A stretch of DNA of 54,179 bases from the NCBI GenBank assembly GCA_030740155.1, contig JASLXV010000050.1, forward strand, positions 1 through 54,179, written 5' to 3'. Position 1 is the stretch's first letter. Each line of letters begins with the position of its first letter. Below are positions 19,389 to 29,272 of the stretch, piece after piece. The translations under genes and the position numbers were made by a program. The notes below the pieces were generated by a model. It saw only the letters and a list, made by a program, of their open reading frames with translations, made no database searches and was not told where the DNA came from. Source of the DNA: Dehalococcoidia bacterium. Lineage in GTDB: Bacteria > Chloroflexota > Dehalococcoidia > Lucifugimonadales > UBA3495.

Positions 19389-20525
19389 ATGGGAAGACGC
19401 CTTTTTAAAGAACTGGAGCGGGCTTACGGCTTCGACGAGGTCGCGATCGTTCCAGGTCAAGTCACCATTAACCCGGACTTGACCTCTACCACGATGACCA
19501 TAGGGGATCAGACCTTCGAGATACCGGTGTTGGCCTCGGCCATGGATGGGGCCGTGTCCCCCCGATTCGCCACCTTGATGAATCAAATGGGCGGGCTGGG
19601 TGTACTGAACGCCGAGGGCCTGTACACCCGGTACGAAGACCCCTACTCCGTGCTTGAAGAGATCATTTCCGCGCCCCAGGCGGAGGTAACCCACCACCTC
19701 CAACAGGTCTACTCCGAACCCATCCGGGAGCACTTGGTGGGGGAGCGGGTCCACGAGATCAAGAAGTCCGGCTCGGTCTGCGCCGTCTCCTTCACCCCTC
19801 AAAACGCCAAGCGGATGTCCCCGGTTGCCGTGGAAGCTGGGGCCGATATCGTGGTGGTGCAGTCCACAGTGACCACGGCGAGGCACATGTCCCGAAGCTA
19901 CCGGGGTCTGATCTTTTCCGAGATGATAAAGACCCTCAACGTCCCGGTGATGGTGGGCAACTGCGTGACCTACGAGGTGGCCCTGGAACTGATGGAAACC
20001 GGCATTGACGGGATCCTGGTCGGAGTGGGACCCGGCGCCGCCTGCACCACCCGCGAGGTGGTGGGGGTCGGGGTCCCCCAGGTGACCGCCACCCTGCAGT
20101 GCGCCACCGCTCGGGATGACCACTTCCGCCGCACCGGGCGCTACGTGAACGTCATTACCGACGGCGGGTTTCGCACCGGAGGGGACATCTGCAAGGCCCT
20201 CGTCAGCGGCGCCGACGCCGTGATGCTGGGAACTCCCTTTGCCCAGGCCGAGGAAGCGCCGGGACGGGGACACAACTGGGGCATGGCCAACCCCCATCCC
20301 GAGCTGCCCCGGGGCACCCGCATCAAGGTGGGCACCAAGGGGACCCTGCAGCAGATACTGTTTGGCCCGACGTCCGCCACGGACGGCACCCAGAACTTCA
20401 TCGGCGCCCTGCGGGTTGCGATGGGCATGTGCGGCGCTTACACCATTCGAGACATGCACCGGGCTGAAATGGTCGTCGCCCCGTCAATCAAGACCGAGGG
20501 CAAGTACTTCCAGTTGGGTTTGTAG
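19389..20525 (+). CDS. guaB: IMP dehydrogenase family protein (GuaB3 type, no CBS domains)
   Basis: [25 protein letters not shown] catalytic Cys loop, DGG...GDICKA, NWGMA. Confidence 0.93.
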   Translation: MGRRLFKELERAYGFDEVAIVPGQVTINPDLTSTTMTIGDQTFEIPVLASAMDGAVSPRFATLMNQMGGLGVLNAEGLYTRYEDPYSVLEEIISAPQAEVTHHLQQVYSEPIREHLVGERVHEIKKSGSVCAVSFTPQNAKRMSPVAVEAGADIVVVQSTVTTARHMSRSYRGLIFSEMIKTLNVPVMVGNCVTYEVALELMETGIDGILVGVGPGAACTTREVVGVGVPQVTATLQCATARDDHFRRTGRYVNVITDGGFRTGGDICKALVSGADAVMLGTPFAQAEEAPGRGHNWGMANPHPELPRGTRIKVGTKGTLQQILFGPTSATDGTQNFIGALRVAMGMCGAYTIRDMHRAEMVVAPSIKTEGKYFQLGL

Positions 20526-20655
20526 CGCCGGGGGCGGCCTTGCCCGCTACCGGAGAGCCGTTCGCTCCGGCTCGCGCCGCCGGGGCGAATCTTCCTCAGC
20601 GTCTCATTCTCAAACGGAGAGCCAGGGGACCCACACCCCTCCACCACCGATGATG

Positions 20656-20720
20656 GCCACAGAGGCGCAGAGATACAGAGAAGAAACCGCTGGTCCTCTG
20701 TGCCTCTGCGCCTCTGTGGC
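20656..20720. repeat. Long intergenic inverted repeat
   Basis: GCCACAGAGGCGCAGAGATACAGAG versus the reverse complement of CTCTGTGCCTCTGCGCCTCTGTGGC: 23/25 match, 15-nt loop. Confidence 0.75.
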
Positions 20721-20812
20721 TATCGCACCGAAAAAGAGGTCTGGACAGATGATCTCCTTTCCGCTATTTTAGTGTTTAATGTAGTGCAACCTTCGACAAG
20801 GAGGCATCCGGA

Positions 20813-21355
20813 ATGGCAGATGACATCCGCACGGTCCAAATCCTTGACCCGACCGCCGAGGACGTACCCGAAGAGCTGGGCCTCAGCCCGAAGCTCCCCG
20901 ACCTGAAGGGAAAAGTGGTTGGCCTCTTGGAAAACCGCAAGTATCATGCCGACGCTTTCCTGCAAGAGCTTCAGGATGTTTTGGCCCAGGACTACGGGGC
21001 GGGCAAGGTAGTGTATACCACCAAGTTCACCTACAGCGCGGCCTGCGCGGAAGAGACCCTGGACACCATGTCCGCCGAGTGCGACGTGATTATCCACGGA
21101 ATCGCGGATTGAGGGTCCTGCACGGCGTGGGGTCTCCACGACACCGTAGCGACCGAGTCCAAAGGGGTTCCGTCGGTCAGCGTGATAACCAGTGCCTTTA
21201 CCCGGGCGGCGCATGCCCGGGCGACCTTCCTGGGAATGCCGGGCGCCCGCATTGTGGTCCTGCCCAGCCCTCTGGCCACCCGCAGCTCTGACGAAGTCCG
21301 CCAGATGGCCCACGAGTACGCCTCGGAAATCGTCGGTCATCTCGCCGGCGACTAG
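20813..21355 (+). CDS. UGSC-family selenoprotein, copy 2 (TGA = Sec at 21110-21112, 180 aa)
   Basis: AGGAGG RBS. The frame continues past TGA as HGIAD-U-GSCTAWGLHDTVATESKGVPSV...LGMPGARIVVLP to TAG 21353-21355. A hairpin follows the TGA. Confidence 0.9.
21114..21154 (+). promoter_or_regulatory. Candidate bacterial SECIS element
   Basis: ACGG-CGTGG-[GGTCT]-CCACG-(ACA)-CCGT upper stem plus GGTC/GACC lower pairing. The G-initiated loop begins 19 nt after the UGA. Confidence 0.7.
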
Positions 21356-21409
21356 CCCGCCACCGGCGCCGAGCCGGGCGGAGCCGTCAATAAACCTCCG
21401 AGGACTGAC

Positions 21410-22480
21410 ATGGCGAATCCGTTAGCCCTTCAGTCGCGTCGCGTCCAGGTCCAGGACTCGTTCGACGCGATCCAAGACTACTGTTCAGAACAGGGCTGGA
21501 CCGATGGCCTGCCGGTGGTTCCACCCACCGAGGACCTGGTGCGCCGGACGCTACTGGCCTACGGCGAAGATCCGTCCCTGTCCCTGGGGGTTATCCAACC
21601 GCGCAATGCCAAGGTCACCCTGGAGAAGCTGGCGGTAAACGCCGTCATGGCCGGCTGCCGGCCCGAGTACTTCCCGGTGGTAGTAGCGGTGGCCAAAGCG
21701 GTCCTTAAAGAAGAGTTCAACGTGGCCGGGGTATCGGCCACCACCGGCGGCGCCACCCCGGCCATCATCGTCAACGGGCCCGTGGTTGAGGAGCTGGGCA
21801 TCAACGGGGATGCCGGCTGTTTCGGCCCGGGCTACCGGTCCAACGCCGCCATCGGCCGCGCGGTACGCCTGGTCATCCGCAACCTGGGAGGATTGATCCC
21901 CGGAGAGATGGACAAGGCGACCCTTTCGCTGCCGGCCCGGTACACCCTCTGCTTCTCCGAAAATGTGGACCGCAGCCCCTGGGAGCCGCGGCACGTAGAG
22001 CTGGGATACGACCCCTCCGCCAGCATCATCACGGTAGCCGGCATCAGGGGCATCCATATCGTGATGGAGAACACGGTTTCCACTGGCATCGGGGTCCTCC
22101 AAACCATCGTCGGCAACATGAAAGGGACCGCGGTTTCCAACTACTGCCAAATTGGCACCGGCACCCAAATCGTTCTGGTGCTGTGCCCCGAGCACGCCGC
22201 CGACATTCACGCCTCCGGGCTGTCTAAAGCCGACGTCCGGGAGTTCATCCACCAGAACGCCCGCATGCCGATTCACCAGCTAAAAGACATCGGCCACTAC
22301 GGCAACCGCAACTGGCCTCTCTGGATCGACCAGACCAACCCCAACACCCTAGTGCCGATCGCCCTGTCTGCCGACGACATCGTGGTCGTGGTCGCCGGTG
22401 GCGATGGCCGCCACTCCGCCTGGCTGTCCGGATGGGGAGTCACCCGAATAACGACCCAGGAGATCACCCGCCCGGCCTGA
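21410..22480 (+). CDS. Uncharacterised UGSC-partner protein, copy 2
   Basis: WTDGLPVVPPT, EKLAVNAVMAGCRPEY, GCFGPGYRSNAAIGRA, YTLCFSEN...PWEP, DIVVVVAGG. Confidence 0.9.
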   Translation: MANPLALQSRRVQVQDSFDAIQDYCSEQGWTDGLPVVPPTEDLVRRTLLAYGEDPSLSLGVIQPRNAKVTLEKLAVNAVMAGCRPEYFPVVVAVAKAVLKEEFNVAGVSATTGGATPAIIVNGPVVEELGINGDAGCFGPGYRSNAAIGRAVRLVIRNLGGLIPGEMDKATLSLPARYTLCFSENVDRSPWEPRHVELGYDPSASIITVAGIRGIHIVMENTVSTGIGVLQTIVGNMKGTAVSNYCQIGTGTQIVLVLCPEHAADIHASGLSKADVREFIHQNARMPIHQLKDIGHYGNRNWPLWIDQTNPNTLVPIALSADDIVVVVAGGDGRHSAWLSGWGVTRITTQEITRPA

Positions 22481-22922
22481 ACGTACGGGCGATGGCGCTC
22501 TCCTGAACCCTCCACCCAAGGCCGGGAAAGCACCCGGTGCCGGCCGAATCGTCTTCTCCTGCTCTTCCTGATTCTTCCGTCCCCTCTGAATCGTCACCCT
22601 CCACCTCCCATTGGGCCCTCGGGCGCGCCATTGCCCTTCGCGGCCGGCGCTCGAGAAGACGCCCGGCGCCAACCGGGGCCTCGAGCCATCCGCTTCGAAC
22701 CTCCGGCCCGCCCGACGCATCAAACTTATCAGTGAAAGACCGGCAATCCTTCAATCCTTCAATCTTCGACCGAAAGGCCGGCAATCTTTGGCCGGAGCCG
22801 ATCCGAAGGGGGCAGCCGGTTGGATTCTCCGGGGTAGATGCCAGAAATCGTCCATGTTTCCCGGTTATCGCGCCTGAGTACGCTCAACAAGAGAATGTTT
22901 GACTGATATGAACTCCGGGATA

Positions 22923-22952
22923 TTGACGAAACCCGGCAAGGCATGCTACAAT
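22923..22952 (+). promoter_or_regulatory. Sigma70-type promoter
   Basis: TTGACG-N18-TACAAT with an extended -10 TG, 30 nt before the ATG at 22983. Confidence 0.55.
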
Positions 22953-22982
22953 AATCGTCGGTCAATCATAAGGAAAAACGAG

Positions 22983-23243
22983 ATGACACAGACTACGACA
23001 ATCAATCCGCCAGCGGAACTAGAAAGTACCCCCCAGTGTCGGCATCATTGGGTAATTCAGCCAGCCACGGGGCCTATGAGCCTGGGGGTCTGCCAGACTT
23101 GTGGCACGTCCCGGGAATTCAAGAACTACGTTGAAGCCGCCGCTTGGGGCGATTCGCGGCAGGCCGCCCGTGCCAGCACCGCAGCCTCGGAAGCGGTTTC
23201 GCGGGCCGTCGCCGACTACATCGACCACGAAGTAGAGGAATAA
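22983..23243 (+). CDS. Small putative zinc-ribbon protein (86 aa)
   Basis: AAGGA RBS and its own promoter. CxHHW-x13-CxxC motif (CRHHWVIQPATGPMSLGVCQTCG). Confidence 0.7.
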   Translation: MTQTTTINPPAELESTPQCRHHWVIQPATGPMSLGVCQTCGTSREFKNYVEAAAWGDSRQAARASTAASEAVSRAVADYIDHEVEE

Positions 23244-23612
23244 ACTCCGGGCCGCCGCGAGGTTAGCGGCGGCCCCGGCACTCCGGCCATTCCTCCCGAT
23301 TCCCGACCGGTTCAGGCGCCGCCTCTCACCGGGCCAAGTCCCGGCATCGGTTTGCCCTGTGCTGGCTGGCCCTTCCGCCACCACCCTCCCTGCTCCAACC
23401 CGATTCGCCCATGAATCGTGCATCCCAGTGCATATAATCGATGCGTCGCGGCTGCCCGCCTTCGGAGCGATTTGGCGTCAGCGGAGAAAGTGCCCGTCTC
23501 TCCACCTGGTATCCGGCCCCAACTCAATTACCACATCTTGTGCAATTTGTCCTTATTGCCTTGACAAAGGGATAGTCGGGCAGGGGTTATAATACCCTCT
23601 ACCGGAGGTCCC

Positions 23613-26600
23613 ATGGCAAACTCAACTCCAGACACCCGCTTTACCCACCTCCACGTCCACACCGAATACAGCATGTTGGACGGGATCAGCCGCATCCCGG
23701 AATTGGTGGCCCGGACCAAGGAACTGGGTATGGACGCCCTGGCGATTACCGACCACGGGACCTTCTACGGCGTGGTGGACTTCTATTCGGCGTGCCGGGA
23801 AGCGGGGATCAAACCCATAATCGGCTGCGAAGTCTACGTGGCCCACGGCAGCCGGTTGGACAAACACGGTGGCGAGCGCAGCCCCCACCACCTGGTGCTC
23901 CTGGCCCGCGATAACACCGGCTACCACAACCTGATGCGCCTGCTGACCAAGGCACACGTCGAGGGCTTCCACTACCGGCCTCGCATCGACCGCGAGCTGT
24001 TGGAGAGCCACCACGAGGGCCTCATTGCTCTCTCCGGCTGCCCCTCCGCCGAGGTACCCCGCCTGATCGGCGATGGCAACATGGAAGAGGCCTCCCGCGC
24101 CGCCCAATGGTACAAGGACCTGTTCGGCGACGGCTATTTCCTGGAGTTGCAGCGCCACCAGCACGTGCCCCGGCTTACGGAGATCAATGAGGGACTGGTA
24201 ACGCTGAGCCGGGAACTCGATATTCCGTTGGTTGCCACCAACGATTCCCACTACACCCGGCAGGCCGACGCACCGCTACAGGACGTCTACATTTGCATCC
24301 AGACCAACACGACGGTCAACGACGAGCGCCGGCTGCGCATGGAAGACGACTCCTACTACATCAAGAGCCCCGAGGAGATGGCCGAACTCTTCCCCGACTT
24401 TCCCGAAGCCCTGGAAAACGCCGGGAAGATCGCCGATATGTGCAACGTGGAGCTGGACTTCGGTCAGACCCACCTGCCCAAGTACCCCACCCCCGACGGT
24501 ATGGACGCCGACCGATACCTGGCCAAGCTCTGCTGGGAGGGATTCAAGGGCCGCTACCCCCGCTCGGCCCCCGAGGCCGAGGAACGGCTGCAATATGAAC
24601 TGGGAGTTATCGAGCAAACCAAGTTCGCCAATTACTTCCTCGTCGTCTGGGACATCATCAACTTCGTCCGGCGCGGCAACATCCTGTACGGTGTCCGGGG
24701 CAGCGCCGCCGCCAGCGTGGCCCTCTATTGCCTGGGGATCACCAACGTGGACCCGTTGGAGTACCGCCTGGTCTTCGAGCGGTTCCTCAACCTGGAACGC
24801 AAAGAGATGCCCGACATCGATCTGGACTTCCAGGATGACCGGCGCGACGAGGTGCTCCACTACGTCATCGAGCGGTACGGCCGCGACCAGGTAGCCCAGA
24901 TTATTACCTTCGGCACCTTTGGCGCCAAGGCCGCCCTGCGCGACGTGGGCCGGGCCCTGGGCATGGCCTACGCCGACGTTGACCAGGTTGCCCGCATGGT
25001 TCCCTTCAAGGCCCGCACCCTGGAAGATGCCCTGAGGATCAATCAGGAGCTGCAGGCCCAGTACGAAACCAACGACGCGGTCCGCCGGCTCGTGGACACA
25101 GCCCAGGGACTGGAGGGAATTACCCGCCAGGTCAGCACCCACGCCGCCGGTGTGCTGATCGCCGATGAGCCGCTGACGGAGACGGTACCGCTGCAACGCC
25201 CGGTTCACGGCGACGACGACAGCCCGGTGCTCATGACCCAGTTTTCCATGGCGCCAGTCGCCCACCTGGGCCTCCTCAAGATGGACTTCCTGGGACTCAC
25301 CAACCTGACCATCCTGGACCGGGCCATCAAGCTGCTGGACCTAACCCAGGGGATTCGCATCGACCTGGACCGCCTTCCCCTAGACGATGGTCCCACCTTT
25401 GAGCTGCTCTCCTCGGGAAACACCACCGACCTGTTCCAACTCGAAAGCACCGGGATGCAGCGGTACATCAAGGAGCTGAAGCCTTCGAGCCTGGGCGACA
25501 TCGCGGCCATGATCGCCCTCTACCGGCCCGGTCCCATGGAGCATATTGATACCTTCATCGACTCCAAGTTCGGCCGCACTCCGATAACCTACCCCCACCC
25601 CAGCCTCAAGGAGTTGCTGGACGAGACCTACGGCATAATCGTCTACCAGGACCAGGTGTTGCTGATACTCCAGCAGTTCGCCGGATACTCCCTGGGCGCC
25701 GCCGACATAGTCCGCAAGGCCATGGGCAAGAAGATAGCCTCCCTCATGGCCCAGGAGCGCGACCGGTTCGTCGCGGGCGCCGAGGCCAAGGGGTACGACG
25801 CCAAACAGGCGTTGGACATATTTGACCTCATCGAGCCCTTCGCCGGGTATGCTTTCAACAAGTCTCACAGCGTGAGTTACGCCCTGATCTCCTATTGGAC
25901 GGCTTACTTCAAAGCCCACTATCCTCTGGAATACATGGGCTCGGTCCTCAACGCTCGCATGGACCACCCCGACAAGATGATCAGCTGCATCAACGAGTGC
26001 TTCCGCCTCGGCATACCGGTCCTGCTTCCAGACATCAACAAGTCCGAGGAGTTCTACACACTCGACCGGGAGAGCGGCCCCACCACGGGGCTGCGTACCG
26101 GCCTGGCCGCCATCAAGACCGTGGGCGAGGCGGCTGTACGGCCCGTGGTGGAAGAACGAAAACTGAACGGCCCCTATCAGTCCATCGACGACTTTTGCCG
26201 CCGCGCCGGCTCGAAAGGCCTCAACCGGCGCACGCTGGAAAGCCTGGTACGGGCCGGCGCTTTCGACTGCCTCGGGCCCCGGGGGGCTATTTTGAACGCC
26301 GTCGACCAGATCATCGCCACCGCTCAGCTTGAAGCACGGACCCGCAACTCCGGCCAGACCAGCTTGTTCGGCGGCCAGGACGGCCAGCCAGCGCTGAGCC
26401 AGGTTCCGGGCATCTCCATCGGCATCTCCGATGTACCGATCGAGCAGAAGGCGGCCTGGGAGAGAGAGCTGTTGGGATTGCCCCTGTCCCACAACCCCGT
26501 CTGGGAGTTAGCCTCCATTGACGCCGGCGATGCTATCAACTCCCTGGCCCAACTGGACGAAGGGATGCAGGGGCAGACCCTGTCGCTCCTGGGCCATGTT

Positions 26601-27215
26601 TCAGCCTTGACCGAGCGGTACACCAAAGAGCAAGAACGGTTCATGGTGGTCACGCTGGACCTGCTGGGCGGCCCGTTTGAGGTGATCGTCTGGCCCGACG
26701 TGCTGGAGCGCACTCAACAAGTGTGGCAGGAAGGGAAGGTGGTGCGGGTCACCGGCAAGTTGCGGCTCCGGGCAGACCAGTTTTCTCTGGCCTGCGACCG
26801 CGTACAGGAGTACTCCGCCAAAGAGCCTGCGTCAACCAACGGCTCCGGGCCGCCTTCTCAGAACGGCGGCAAGCCCGCCCGCTCAAACGGCGCCCGGCAG
26901 GCCCGTGTCCCGAAACCCAGGACCGCGGAATCCGCCGCCGCCAACGGGGGGCGCTTCCGGACGGTCTTCGTGGGTGTCACCGAGTCCGAGGATCCCACCG
27001 GGGACGCGCATCTGCTGCGGGAAGTCGTCCGGGTCCTCCTGGAATACCCAGGCAAAGACCGGGTGAATCTGAACATCAATACCGGCGGCCGCAGGGTGTT
27101 GATGGAGCTGCCGGTAGTCAACACCAGCTACTGCGACAGCCTGCGAGAGCGGTTGGAAGCTTTGTTGGGGCCCGAAGCGGTTGCCTTCCAGGATAGTACC
27201 GGGCCGGTGGAGTAA
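23613..27215 (+). CDS. dnaE: DNA polymerase III subunit alpha
   Basis: PHP domain HLHVHTEYSMLDG, RGSAA, MPDIDLDF, LLKMDFLGL, YAFNKSHS, OB fold. GGAGG RBS. Confidence 0.98.
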   Translation: MANSTPDTRFTHLHVHTEYSMLDGISRIPELVARTKELGMDALAITDHGTFYGVVDFYSACREAGIKPIIGCEVYVAHGSRLDKHGGERSPHHLVLLARDNTGYHNLMRLLTKAHVEGFHYRPRIDRELLESHHEGLIALSGCPSAEVPRLIGDGNMEEASRAAQWYKDLFGDGYFLELQRHQHVPRLTEINEGLVTLSRELDIPLVATNDSHYTRQADAPLQDVYICIQTNTTVNDERRLRMEDDSYYIKSPEEMAELFPDFPEALENAGKIADMCNVELDFGQTHLPKYPTPDGMDADRYLAKLCWEGFKGRYPRSAPEAEERLQYELGVIEQTKFANYFLVVWDIINFVRRGNILYGVRGSAAASVALYCLGITNVDPLEYRLVFERFLNLERKEMPDIDLDFQDDRRDEVLHYVIERYGRDQVAQIITFGTFGAKAALRDVGRALGMAYADVDQVARMVPFKARTLEDALRINQELQAQYETNDAVRRLVDTAQGLEGITRQVSTHAAGVLIADEPLTETVPLQRPVHGDDDSPVLMTQFSMAPVAHLGLLKMDFLGLTNLTILDRAIKLLDLTQGIRIDLDRLPLDDGPTFELLSSGNTTDLFQLESTGMQRYIKELKPSSLGDIAAMIALYRPGPMEHIDTFIDSKFGRTPITYPHPSLKELLDETYGIIVYQDQVLLILQQFAGYSLGAADIVRKAMGKKIASLMAQERDRFVAGAEAKGYDAKQALDIFDLIEPFAGYAFNKSHSVSYALISYWTAYFKAHYPLEYMGSVLNARMDHPDKMISCINECFRLGIPVLLPDINKSEEFYTLDRESGPTTGLRTGLAAIKTVGEAAVRPVVEERKLNGPYQSIDDFCRRAGSKGLNRRTLESLVRAGAFDCLGPRGAILNAVDQIIATAQLEARTRNSGQTSLFGGQDGQPALSQVPGISIGISDVPIEQKAAWERELLGLPLSHNPVWELASIDAGDAINSLAQLDEGMQGQTLSLLGHVSALTERYTKEQERFMVVTLDLLGGPFEVIVWPDVLERTQQVWQEGKVVRVTGKLRLRADQFSLACDRVQEYSAKEPASTNGSGPPSQNGGKPARSNGARQARVPKPRTAESAAANGGRFRTVFVGVTESEDPTGDAHLLREVVRVLLEYPGKDRVNLNINTGGRRVLMELPVVNTSYCDSLRERLEALLGPEAVAFQDSTGPVE

Positions 27216-27501
27216 CCCCCACCCCTCGGGACCCTGCTCGCCGCCGCTGCCCCGGCCCGCAATTATCTCCCACCGGCAATGAACCTGCCTGCGACCCAAG
27301 GGTCGGCGGATGACTGCAACAAAGCCCGGCCGGTCGTCCAGGCCGTGGCCAGACGGCCTGCAGCCGGTGGGAGCCAGTGCTTCCATACAACAACTGGTCA
27401 TTTATGCCGTAATCCGGCTTGGCTCCTCTTAAGACCAACCCGGATGTGGCGTCCGGGGCCGGTTCCCAGACTTTATTGTGGCCTCACGCGCTTTCGCGCA
27501 G

Positions 27502-27530
27502 TTGACGGCTATGATAGGGGCTGCTAAACT
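27502..27530 (+). promoter_or_regulatory. Sigma70-type promoter, target unclear
   Basis: TTGACG-N17-TAAACT with an extended -10 TG, more than 600 nt upstream of pepM. Confidence 0.4.
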
Positions 27531-27962
27531 CCCTGCGCCTAGAGCCCGCTCATTGGGGGAGTGCCCAACCAAGGATTGCGGCTATCGCCAGAGTGGTAGA
27601 CGCGCCTTCCCTGGCAGAGGTAATCGAGTGAAAACATCCAGCCTTCATCCGCTACCGGGTCTAGCAAGTAGGGCAGACGACCGCCGCATCTTAGGGGTAC
27701 TGTCGTCGCCTGTTGCATGCTGTCCGTCCTGGTGCCAGCACGCCGTCCCCTGCGAACCATAGCTCCCTCCCCTTTCTCTGCGTTTTCCCGGCTTGATACC
27801 GGGCCCGTCCGCAAACTCCCAGGTTTCAACGACCCTCAGGCACATCGCAATCATTCTATCTATTGGATTTATCTGCGCGAGTGACCATGAGCCTTGGCAC
27901 CGCTATAGCGTAGTTATTCCCGAGCTAGACGCTCGGGTTCTTATTCAAACGGAGGCAACCAC

Positions 27963-28058
27963 ATGGATCCAACTCAAGCGCCGGAGAAATTAGACGCCGA
28001 GCAGGTCAACGAGTTGGCGCCCGTGCCCCCACGCAACTCTCTCTGGTTACCGCGATAA
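27963..28058 (+). CDS. Putative 31-aa small ORF upstream of pepM
   Basis: GGAGG 7 nt before the ATG. Encodes MDPTQAPEKLDAEQVNELAPVPPRNSLWLPR. No homology recognised. Confidence 0.3.
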   Translation: MDPTQAPEKLDAEQVNELAPVPPRNSLWLPR

Positions 28059-28156
28059 GACCTCCGCTCCGTTGACCCAAGTGGGACCCGTTCTTTAACA
28101 CTTTTTCGCCGGCCCGAGCAAGGACCGGTCTTAGAAACTTACGAGGTGAACTTGTT

Positions 28157-29242
28157 ATGGCGTTCGCGAATGCAATCACGCCAGGGGAACGGCTTCAGGC
28201 GCTCAAGAAGTGTATCGCCCGCCAGGGCTTCGCCCGCATAATGGAGGCTCACAACGGTCTCAGCGGCATCATTGCTGAAACCGTACGAGCCAAGAAGGGC
28301 GGCCGGACCATCGAATACGACGGCCTTTGGGAAAGCAGCCTGACCGACTCCGCCAGCAAAGGGATGCCCGATTGTTCCATCGTCGGCTTCGATTCCCGCA
28401 CCCAAACCGTTGACCAGATCCTCAACGTGACCAACAAGCCCATCCTCGTGGACGGCGACACCGGGGGGGAACCCGCCCAGTTCGAGTATCTGGTGAGGCA
28501 ACTGGAACGCCTGGGCGTGTCGGCGGTGATCATCGAGGACAAGGTCTACCCCAAGCGAAACAGCCTGGACGCATCCGCCTGCCAAAACCTGGAAGACCCC
28601 CGGATTTTCGCCGGAAAGATCGCGGCCGGCAAAGACGTGAAAGTCACCGATGACTTCATGATCGTGGCCCGCCTGGAAAGCTTGATCGCCGGGGCGGGCC
28701 TGGAGGACGCCCTGTACCGGGCCGAATGCTATATCCGCGCCGGGGCCGACGGGATCATGATTCACTCGAATAACCGGGACCCCGCCGAAGTGCTCGCCTT
28801 CGCCGAAGCCTACGGCCCCCTCTGCGAGGGGCTGGGGAGACGCCCAGCCCTGGTGTGCGTGCCGACTACCTACAACACCATCTCCGATCAGGAGTTGGTA
28901 GCCAGAGGATTCAACGTCATCATCCATGCTAATCACCTCCTGCGCGCCGCCTACCGGGCCATGTGCGAGGTTGCCCTCAATATCCTGGAGACCGGCAGCA
29001 GCCATGAGGCAGACTCCCTCTGTTCACCGGTCCGGGAGATTTTTGACTGTGTGGGCCACGACCGCATCACCGAGAAGGACCGGGAGCGCGAGCAGGCCCT
29101 TCACCAGACCAGCGGCTCCGGGAGCGTCAAGGGAGACCCGCGGCTGGTCAAGGTGAAATATGTTGGGAGGACGACGAGCAAATCAGGCGCACGGGCGAGA
29201 CTGTCGTCAACATCAAATGGACCGGCCCGAGGCGCCCGATAG
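28157..29242 (+). CDS. pepM: Phosphoenolpyruvate mutase
   Basis: ICL/PEPM fold (EAHNGLS, WESSLTDS, DGDTG) with the diagnostic EDK-X5-NS motif (EDKVYPKRNS). Followed by Ppd subunits. Confidence 0.93.
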   Translation: MAFANAITPGERLQALKKCIARQGFARIMEAHNGLSGIIAETVRAKKGGRTIEYDGLWESSLTDSASKGMPDCSIVGFDSRTQTVDQILNVTNKPILVDGDTGGEPAQFEYLVRQLERLGVSAVIIEDKVYPKRNSLDASACQNLEDPRIFAGKIAAGKDVKVTDDFMIVARLESLIAGAGLEDALYRAECYIRAGADGIMIHSNNRDPAEVLAFAEAYGPLCEGLGRRPALVCVPTTYNTISDQELVARGFNVIIHANHLLRAAYRAMCEVALNILETGSSHEADSLCSPVREIFDCVGHDRITEKDREREQALHQTSGSGSVKGDPRLVKVKYVGRTTSKSGARARLSSTSNGPARGAR

Positions 29243-29272
29243 CATGATCGACGAACTTACGATGGCCCGCCA

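Noticed and set aside
23561..23593. Perfect TTGACA and TATAAT upstream of dnaE as one promoter
   Set aside because: The spacer is 21 nt, too long for a standard sigma70 promoter. The -10 may be real but the pair is not called.
23613..27215. Intein or split in DnaE
   Set aside because: Length (1200 aa) and motif order are normal, and no intein-like insertion was seen.
27539..27760. 73-aa minus-strand ORF with a good RBS
   Set aside because: No recognisable family, only a degenerate Cys pattern, and it opposes a plus-strand promoter. Support is insufficient.
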